Shown here: positions 57,923-64,000 of the stretch, in pieces | Position numbering within the stretch: position 1 is the stretch's first letter | How the letters are laid out: each line of letters begins with the position of its first letter | Assembly: GCA_902537725.1 (NCBI GenBank) | Contig: CACBCD010000003.1 | Span: 24,441-88,440 of the forward strand | Source: an uncultured PS1 clade bacterium | GTDB lineage: Bacteria; Pseudomonadota; Alphaproteobacteria; MED-G09 | DNA: 64,000 bases | Direction of reading: 5' to 3' | The notes under the pieces: model-generated | Databases searched by the model: none | What the model was told of the DNA's origin: nothing | What the model saw: the letters and a program-made list of their open reading frames with translations, nothing else | Translations under genes and position numbers: made by a program

Positions 57923-58351
57923 TTAATAGATAAGATCTATTCTTTCTTCAAAACTTAAAATAATCTGTGAAAGTATTTTATTAATATTTTTTTGAAGAAT
58001 TCTTTCGAATATTTTATTTTCTAAGTCAATCACAATATTTAATTTAACAGCACTTCCTGTACCCTCTTTCTTAAAATGCCATTTATTAATTAAAGAATGA
58101 AATGGACCATCAATACCATTAGATATTATTGTTAATTTCTCTCTATCGCAATTAACCTCACTTGTAAATTCTCCCGACATTAATAGATATTTAAGTTTTA
58201 ATTTTGCGATAAATTTCTTATCGTTACCACTTAATATTTTTGATGAATTACAGCCAGGTATAAATTTTGAATAACTATCAACATCGCTAATAACATCAAA
58301 AAGAAATTCTGAAGGAAAATTCAAAAAATTTTTATACTCAACATCTATCAA
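57923..58351 (-). CDS. RatA/Coq10 family START-domain protein
   Basis: LFDVISDVDSYSKFIPGC and DGPFHSLINKWHF motifs; usual position next to lipA. Confidence 0.85.
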   Translation of the reverse strand: MIDVEYKNFLNFPSEFLFDVISDVDSYSKFIPGCNSSKILSGNDKKFIAKLKLKYLLMSGEFTSEVNCDREKLTIISNGIDGPFHSLINKWHFKKEGTGSAVKLNIVIDLENKIFERILQKNINKILSQIILSFEERIDLIY

Positions 58352-58357
58352 TTTAGA

Positions 58358-59281
58358 TCACTGTTGACTCATTCTTATTTTCTTTAATTTTAAAAAATCA
58401 TCGCCTGCATGATGAGATGATCTTGTCAAAGGGCTTGACGAAACCATAAGGAAACCTTTTGACTCCGCAATCTCTTTATATTTTTCAAAATCATCAGGGG
58501 TTATAAAATCTTTAATTGGTGCATGTTTTCTAGTTGGCTGAAGGTATTGACCAAGGGTGAGGAAATCAACATTAGCCGCCCTTAAGTCATCCATCACTTG
58601 CATAATTTCATCTTTTGTTTCCCCTAAACCAAGCATTAGTCCAGATTTTGTAAAAACCTCGGGCATAATTTCTTTAGAATCAGATAAAATCTTTAAAGAA
58701 TTAAAATATCTTGCACCTGGTCTTATTGATAAATACAATCTTGGAACAGTTTCTAAATTGTGGTTGAAAACATCTGGTTTAGACTCCAAGACAACTTCAA
58801 GAGACTTTTCTTTTCTTAAAAAATCTGGAGTTAAAATTTCTATTGTTGTTTTTGGAGATTCTCTCCTTAGTAACTGAATTGTTTTTGAAAAATGCAAAGC
58901 TCCACCATCATGAAGATCATCCCTATCAACGGATGTTATAACCACATGATCAAGGCCAAGTTTCTTAACTGTTTGAGATATTCTATATGGCTCAAATGGA
59001 TCTAAATCCTGAGGCTTACCAGTTTTTACATTACAAAATGCACATGCTCTTGTACAAGTATCTCCCATTATCATGAAAGTTGCGTGCTTTTTTGACCAGC
59101 ATTCGCCTAAATTTGGACAATTAGCCTCCTCACATACAGTTACTACATTACCTGCTTTAATAATATCTTTTGTAGTCTCAAAGGTTTTTGAACTAGGCAA
59201 CCTTGATCTAATCCATTTTGGTTTTGGTAAAATAGATGTCTCTTTATTATTTACTTTTTCTGGATGTCTAACTTTTGTCAA
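58358..59281 (-). CDS. lipA: Lipoyl synthase
   Basis: [20 protein letters not shown] and RSSHHA motifs; TTG start. Confidence 0.97.
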   Translation of the reverse strand: MTKVRHPEKVNNKETSILPKPKWIRSRLPSSKTFETTKDIIKAGNVVTVCEEANCPNLGECWSKKHATFMIMGDTCTRACAFCNVKTGKPQDLDPFEPYRISQTVKKLGLDHVVITSVDRDDLHDGGALHFSKTIQLLRRESPKTTIEILTPDFLRKEKSLEVVLESKPDVFNHNLETVPRLYLSIRPGARYFNSLKILSDSKEIMPEVFTKSGLMLGLGETKDEIMQVMDDLRAANVDFLTLGQYLQPTRKHAPIKDFITPDDFEKYKEIAESKGFLMVSSSPLTRSSHHAGDDFLKLKKIRMSQQ

Positions 59282-59344
59282 ATCTTCACTTCTTTCTAAA
59301 TATATTATGATAAACTATTTAATGCTCAAAAGAAATATTAAGTA

Positions 59345-59722
59345 TTAATTATTTGAAGGTTTTTTGAGAATAAATACTTTTTCAGATAGAGAAGAGTATC
59401 CAAGATTTTCTCTTATAACCTCATCAATTAGATCAAGGTTATCTGTTGATTGATAGGAAAACCTTAAAATCTTATCTTCAAGTGCTATATTTGTTTTTTT
59501 GATTAAATTCAAATCATAGCTATTTTTTTTAATTTGATGATTGATTTCTCTCAGTTTCAAAATACCGTTTTCACTATTAATTAAATGAAATAAAGCTGAA
59601 AAATTTAACGTAACCATAATTAGAGAAATTGAAAGATACAGTCCTACTCTTTTATAACGAGGTTTATTAGCGTAATGTATTATTTTATTTTCATTAAAAC
59701 GAATCATGATCCAAAGAATCAT
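59345..59722 (-). CDS. ftsB: Septum formation initiator FtsB/DivIC family
   Basis: One TM helix, then a coiled coil and DLIDEVIRENLGY; canonical position after eno; start uncertain. Confidence 0.75.
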   Translation of the reverse strand: MILWIMIRFNENKIIHYANKPRYKRVGLYLSISLIMVTLNFSALFHLINSENGILKLREINHQIKKNSYDLNLIKKTNIALEDKILRFSYQSTDNLDLIDEVIRENLGYSSLSEKVFILKKPSNN

Positions 59723-59762
59723 AAATCATGGGGATTGGTCAAGAATTAATTTGTAAATAAAT

Positions 59763-61034
59763 TCATTTAAGTATTGATTTACCTGCATATTTTGAATTTT
59801 TACCTAGAAATTCTTCAATCCTTATTAATTGATTATATTTTGAAACTCTATCAGACCTTGTTAATGATCCGGTTTTAATTTGACAAGACTCAGTTGCAAC
59901 TGAGAGATCTGCAATAAAATTGTCTTCAGTTTCACCTGATCTATGAGAAATTATATATGAATAATTATTATTTTTAGCAATATCAATTGAATTAAAAGTC
60001 TCAGTTAAAGTTCCTATCTGGTTAACTTTTATTAAAATAGAGTTAGCAGAATTCAATTCGATACCTTTTTCAAGTCTTTTTGAATTTGTTACGAATAAAT
60101 CATCACCCACAATCTGAACATTATTACCAATTTGCGAATTAAGCGTTGTCCAACCTTTCCAGTCATCTTCATCCAGAGGGTCTTCAATTGAAAATATTGG
60201 AAATTTTTCAATCAACGTTTTTAAATACTCAATCATTTCATCAGAATTAATGGGATTATTAAAATTTGTTAAATTATATAATCCATCTTTATAAAACTCC
60301 GTTGCAGCTACATCTAAAGCAAAAACAATATCTTCTTGAACTTTATAGCCAGAGTTTTCAACTGCCTTGGTTAAAAGGGATAGAGTATCTTCAGGTGATG
60401 CAATATTTGGAGCAAATCCACCTTCATCACCTACACTAGTTGACTGCCCCATTTCAGAGAGAATTTTTTTCAATGAATGAAAAATTTCAGAACCCATTTG
60501 CATGGCGTGTTGAAATGATGAAGCTGAAATAGGCATAATCATAAATTCTTGAAAATCCAATGGATTATTTGCATGAGCCCCGCCATTAACAATATTCATC
60601 ATCGGAACAGGAAGTGAATATGAATTATTTTCTCCAAGATATTCAAATAAATTTACATTATTATTTTTTGCAGATGCTTTCGCAACTGCCATAGAAACTC
60701 CTAAAATAGCATTAGCACCTAATCTTGATTTATTTTCAGTGCCATCAAGATTAATTAATAAATTATCAATGCCTGTTTGATCTTGAGCATCAAAACCAGC
60801 TAAACTTTTATTAATCTCAGTATTTATATTAGAAACAGCTTTAGTTACCCCACGACCGAAATAATCATTGAGCCCATCCCTTAGTTCGTGAGCCTCATAA
60901 GCACCAGTTGATGCACCAGATGGTACAGCTGCTCTTCCTTTAATGTTGTTCTCAAGAATAACATCAACTTCAATAGTAGGATTACCTCTGCTGTCAAATA
61001 TTTGTCTTCCTGTAATATTCTTAATATTTGTCAT
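59763..61034 (-). CDS. eno: Enolase
   Basis: DSRGNPTIEV, PSGASTG, GDEGGFAP, SHRSGETED and QIKTGS motifs. Confidence 0.98.
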   Translation of the reverse strand: MTNIKNITGRQIFDSRGNPTIEVDVILENNIKGRAAVPSGASTGAYEAHELRDGLNDYFGRGVTKAVSNINTEINKSLAGFDAQDQTGIDNLLINLDGTENKSRLGANAILGVSMAVAKASAKNNNVNLFEYLGENNSYSLPVPMMNIVNGGAHANNPLDFQEFMIMPISASSFQHAMQMGSEIFHSLKKILSEMGQSTSVGDEGGFAPNIASPEDTLSLLTKAVENSGYKVQEDIVFALDVAATEFYKDGLYNLTNFNNPINSDEMIEYLKTLIEKFPIFSIEDPLDEDDWKGWTTLNSQIGNNVQIVGDDLFVTNSKRLEKGIELNSANSILIKVNQIGTLTETFNSIDIAKNNNYSYIISHRSGETEDNFIADLSVATESCQIKTGSLTRSDRVSKYNQLIRIEEFLGKNSKYAGKSILK

Positions 61035-61211
61035 ATAATACCTCTATCGCTCAAATCATTTTATTGTTATCTGTAAGTTATATTACAAGTATTTGATAAA
61101 TGTTAGAACATAACAAATCAATATGCTTTTAAAATGAATCTAATAAAAAATTTTTAAAACAAGAATTAAAATTGGTAATTATAGAATCAAACAAATAAAA
61201 TATTTGTATTT

Positions 61212-61667
61212 ATGAAAGAGAGAAATATGAAACACTTAGGAAAAAATTCAAATCAGCCAAAAAATCCAGATATAAAAATCCTAGATAAAGTAAAAAACCT
61301 TAATGATGAAAAAAATTATGTAATTAGGTTGACTCAACCTGAGTTTACATGTCTATGCCCTATTACAGAACAACCTGATTTTGCTCATATTATAATAGAC
61401 TATATTCCTAACAAATGGATTGTAGAATCAAAGTCTCTAAAACTTTTCTTTAATAGTTATCGTAATAAAAAATCTTTTCATGAAAATACAACGATGGAAA
61501 TTTCTGAAACTTTAAATAAACTTCTTAAACCAGTTTGGATAAGAATTGGCGGATATTGGTATCCTCGAGGAGGAATACCAATAGATATTTTTTGGCAAAA
61601 TAAAGAACCACCAAAAAAAGCTTGGATACCGCCTCAAGAAGTTACTCCATATAGAGGTAGAGGTTAA
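61212..61667 (+). CDS. queF: NADPH-dependent preQ0 reductase (unimodular QueF)
   Basis: EFTCLCPITEQPDFA, ESKSLKLF, FHE and WYPRGGIPID motifs. Confidence 0.95.
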   Translation: MKERNMKHLGKNSNQPKNPDIKILDKVKNLNDEKNYVIRLTQPEFTCLCPITEQPDFAHIIIDYIPNKWIVESKSLKLFFNSYRNKKSFHENTTMEISETLNKLLKPVWIRIGGYWYPRGGIPIDIFWQNKEPPKKAWIPPQEVTPYRGRG

Positions 61668-61739
61668 ATAAAATTTAATTTATTTCGTATAAAAATCCGA
61701 ATCAGAATTATAATTTAAAGAATTTATGGGAGGATTATT

Positions 61740-62120
61740 ATGGATATTGAAAGAACTATGTTTTGGGCAGGTTTATTAGCAATATTATTTGTTTATTTGG
61801 CATTTCAAACGGCATTAGCAAGGACAAAAGAATCCTCAGTTGGAGAAGGTACTGGAGATCTTTTAAAAAAATCAAGAGTGGTAGGTAATTTTGCAGAACA
61901 TGTACCCTTAATGTTAATTATGATGATGTTTTTGGAGAATGACGGTTATGAAGGATTTATTACAATTTTAGGCTTTTTATTTTTTATTTGTAGACTGGGT
62001 CATATATATGGAATTCTCTATCAAGATGGATTTGGTCCAAAAGAAAATCCTGCAAGAGCAATTGGTGCTATGGGCTCTTGGGCATTAATGGCTATAGCTG
62101 GATTAATGTGCATTTTTTAA
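61740..62120 (+). CDS. MAPEG family membrane protein
   Basis: SRVVGNFAEHVP and RLGHIYG motifs; four hydrophobic helices; GGGAGG RBS. Confidence 0.82.
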   Translation: MDIERTMFWAGLLAILFVYLAFQTALARTKESSVGEGTGDLLKKSRVVGNFAEHVPLMLIMMMFLENDGYEGFITILGFLFFICRLGHIYGILYQDGFGPKENPARAIGAMGSWALMAIAGLMCIF

Positions 62121-62124
62121 AAAT

Positions 62125-62943
62125 TTAAAACGATTTTACGGTATTATCTATAGATTTTATTTTACTTAGAATATTCTCAATTTCATCTAACCTTGTTGCA
62201 GATGGACCATCGCATAGTGCCTTTTTGGGATCTGGGTGAACCTCTATAAAAAGACCAGCTAGACCTATAGCTGTTCCAGCAAGAGCTAAATCAAGTGCTT
62301 GGCTAGATCTTCCATCAGCGGCATTTCCTTGACCACCTGGTATTTGAAGTGAATGAGTTACGTCTAAAATTACAGGTTTTTTAAAATTTTTTAATTCTGA
62401 AATACCTAAAAAATCTACAATAAGATTGTTATACCCAAAAGAAGATCCTCTTTCACACAAAATTATATTTTCATTATCGAATGCATGACATTTATTAATT
62501 ATATTCAACATTTGACCTGGTGATAAAAACTGACCTTTTTTAATATTTAAAGGTAATTTGGTCTCACATGCAGCTTTAATTAAATCAGTTTGTCTACATA
62601 GGAAAGCTGGTATTTGAATAATATCAGCAATTTCAGAAATTTTTTCTACTTGTCCAATTTCATGAACATCGGTAATTATTGGGATATCAAATGCTTTTTT
62701 AATTTCACTAAAAAATTCTATACCTTTCTCTAATCCAGGACCTCTGTAAGAGTCAACTGATGATCTATTAGCTTTATCAAATGACGCTTTGAAAATAAAA
62801 GGTAAGCCCAATCTATCAGTAATTTTTTTTAAATCTGATGCTACCTGACTTGCCATCGTTAAATCTTCAAAAACGTTTAAGCCAGCAATTATTATAATTG
62901 GAGAACTATTTGATATTTCAATATTTTTAAAATTTATCTTCAT
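62125..62943 (-). CDS. kdsA: KDO-8-phosphate synthase, metal-independent (Asn) type
   Basis: FKASFDKANRSS, PAFLCRQTDL, DVTHSLQ and DGPS motifs; AGLNVFE where metal-dependent enzymes have AGPC. Confidence 0.95.
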   Translation of the reverse strand: MKINFKNIEISNSSPIIIIAGLNVFEDLTMASQVASDLKKITDRLGLPFIFKASFDKANRSSVDSYRGPGLEKGIEFFSEIKKAFDIPIITDVHEIGQVEKISEIADIIQIPAFLCRQTDLIKAACETKLPLNIKKGQFLSPGQMLNIINKCHAFDNENIILCERGSSFGYNNLIVDFLGISELKNFKKPVILDVTHSLQIPGGQGNAADGRSSQALDLALAGTAIGLAGLFIEVHPDPKKALCDGPSATRLDEIENILSKIKSIDNTVKSF

Positions 62944-62944
62944 T

Positions 62945-64000
62945 TTATTTTTTATTTTTACTCTCTTTTATAGACGCTTTTATAAAAGATGAAAACAACG
63001 GATGAGGATCAAAAGGTCTAGATTTTAACTCTGGATGAAATTGAACTCCAATAAACCAAGGATGATTTTTGATTTCGACTATTTCAGGTAAAAGACCATC
63101 AGGAGAAATACCAGAAAAGTTCAATCCAATTTGTTCCAATTTTTCTTTATAATTTATATTCACCTCGTATCGATGCCTATGCCTCTCATTAATTTTTTTT
63201 GTTTTGTATATTTTATAAGAAAAAGATTTTTTATTTAGAACGGCAGGATAAGAACCTAATCTCATAGTTCCTCCATACTCGCTATTACTATCTCTTAAAA
63301 ATTTTTTGTCATTTTTTTCCCATTCAGTCATGAGACCAATGACAGGATTTTTTGTATTACTTAATTCAGAGGAATTAGCATTATCAATTTTAGCTAAGTT
63401 TCTTGCTGCTTCAATTACTGCTAACTGCATACCAAAACAGATACCAAAAAAAGGAATTTTATTAGTTCTCGCATAGTTAATGGCAAGTATTTTACCTTCA
63501 GAACCTCTTTTACCAAATCCACCTGGAATAAGAATTCCTGACATAGATTTTAATAACTTAGTATCTTTTTTTGTTTTAATTTTTTCTGAGTCAATCCAAT
63601 GAATTTTAACACTAATGTCATTTGCTATACCTCCATGAGTAAGTGCCTCAGAAAGTGATTTATAAGCGTCTTTTAAACCAACATATTTTCCAATTACTCC
63701 AATATTCACCTGACCTTTTGGATTATTAACGCTATGAACTACCTTATTCCATTTCCTCAGGTTAATTTTTCTTGGTTTTTTTATATTCATTGATGCAAGA
63801 ACCTCTGTATCAAAACCGTTTTGCATATAAATTTTAGGTATTTCATATATAGTTTTTACATCAGTTGCTTGAATAACTGATTTTTCTGAAACATTACAAA
63901 AAATTGCTATTTTTTTAATATCAGATTTATCAATTCTTTTTTCACTTCGACATAATAAAACATCAGGTTGAATTCCAATTGATCTCAATTCTTTCACAGA
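62945..64000 (-). CDS. pyrG: CTP synthase, 5'-truncated by the window edge
   Basis: ELRSIGIQPD, GKYVGLKDAYKS, PGGFG, GICFGMQ, ERHRHRYE and QFHPE motifs; frame open to the window end. Confidence 0.97.
   Translation of the reverse strand, partial: SVKELRSIGIQPDVLLCRSEKRIDKSDIKKIAIFCNVSEKSVIQATDVKTIYEIPKIYMQNGFDTEVLASMNIKKPRKINLRKWNKVVHSVNNPKGQVNIGVIGKYVGLKDAYKSLSEALTHGGIANDISVKIHWIDSEKIKTKKDTKLLKSMSGILIPGGFGKRGSEGKILAINYARTNKIPFFGICFGMQLAVIEAARNLAKIDNANSSELSNTKNPVIGLMTEWEKNDKKFLRDSNSEYGGTMRLGSYPAVLNKKSFSYKIYKTKKINERHRHRYEVNINYKEKLEQIGLNFSGISPDGLLPEIVEIKNHPWFIGVQFHPELKSRPFDPHPLFSSFIKASIKESKNKK

Noticed and set aside
2300-59348. About 28 short (60-142 aa) ORFs lying inside longer genes, e.g. 2300-2518, 11659-12087, 28176-28493, 36592-36882, 58557-58877, 59073-59348
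   Set aside because: Antisense or alternate-frame shadows of well-supported genes, with no recognisable motifs.
61035-61211. Possible preQ1 riboswitch or small ORF upstream of queF
   Set aside because: No GGTTCxAG stem with a complementary arm; only 7-10-codon ORFs without an RBS.
1-64000. CRISPR arrays, prophage, IS elements, integrases at the three tRNAs, defence or toxin systems
   Set aside because: No repeat-spacer arrays, transposase, integrase or phage-like ORFs, or duplicated tRNA 3' ends were seen. The RatA/Coq10 gene is a core START-domain gene, not an accessory toxin-antitoxin module.

Overview
AT-rich (roughly 30% GC by eye, not computed), densely packed chromosome segment from a streamlined, probably marine, alphaproteobacterium. 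It is mostly core genome: cytochrome c maturation (ccmC-D-E-F/H-A-B), propionate metabolism (two-subunit methylmalonyl-CoA mutase, pccAB), gatCAB, ruvX-pyrB-plsY-topA-rpmG, dinB to clpAS, mgtE, lipA/lipB, modAB, an orphan oligopeptide-binding protein, a large TonB-dependent receptor, hfq-trkA, metG-holB-tmk-dacA-rlpA, ntrBC, ispDF, eno, queF, kdsA and a truncated pyrG. There are three tRNA genes: Ser-GCT, Leu-GAG and Ser-TGA. Three short ORFs below the ORF-track cutoff were read by hand: ccmD, rpmG and a flavin-oxidoreductase remnant. I found no CRISPR array, integrase, transposase, prophage or defence system, and I cannot claim a clearly new multi-gene system. The most interesting signals are remodelled core genes: (1) a stand-alone Fis-like helix-turn-helix (HTH) protein left from NtrX, with NtrY absent from the window and NtrBC kept with tandem NtrC boxes; (2) an Hfq whose proximal and rim RNA-binding residues are replaced; (3) an inverted, CAD-like pyrB at the native pyrB-pyrC locus; (4) a metal-independent, gamma-like kdsA; (5) a CcmF-CcmH fusion; (6) a barrel-only mutase beta subunit; (7) a Pho-box-like element between the TonB receptor and mazG. 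Family assignments and reference comparisons come from motifs and sequences recalled from memory, not from database searches.
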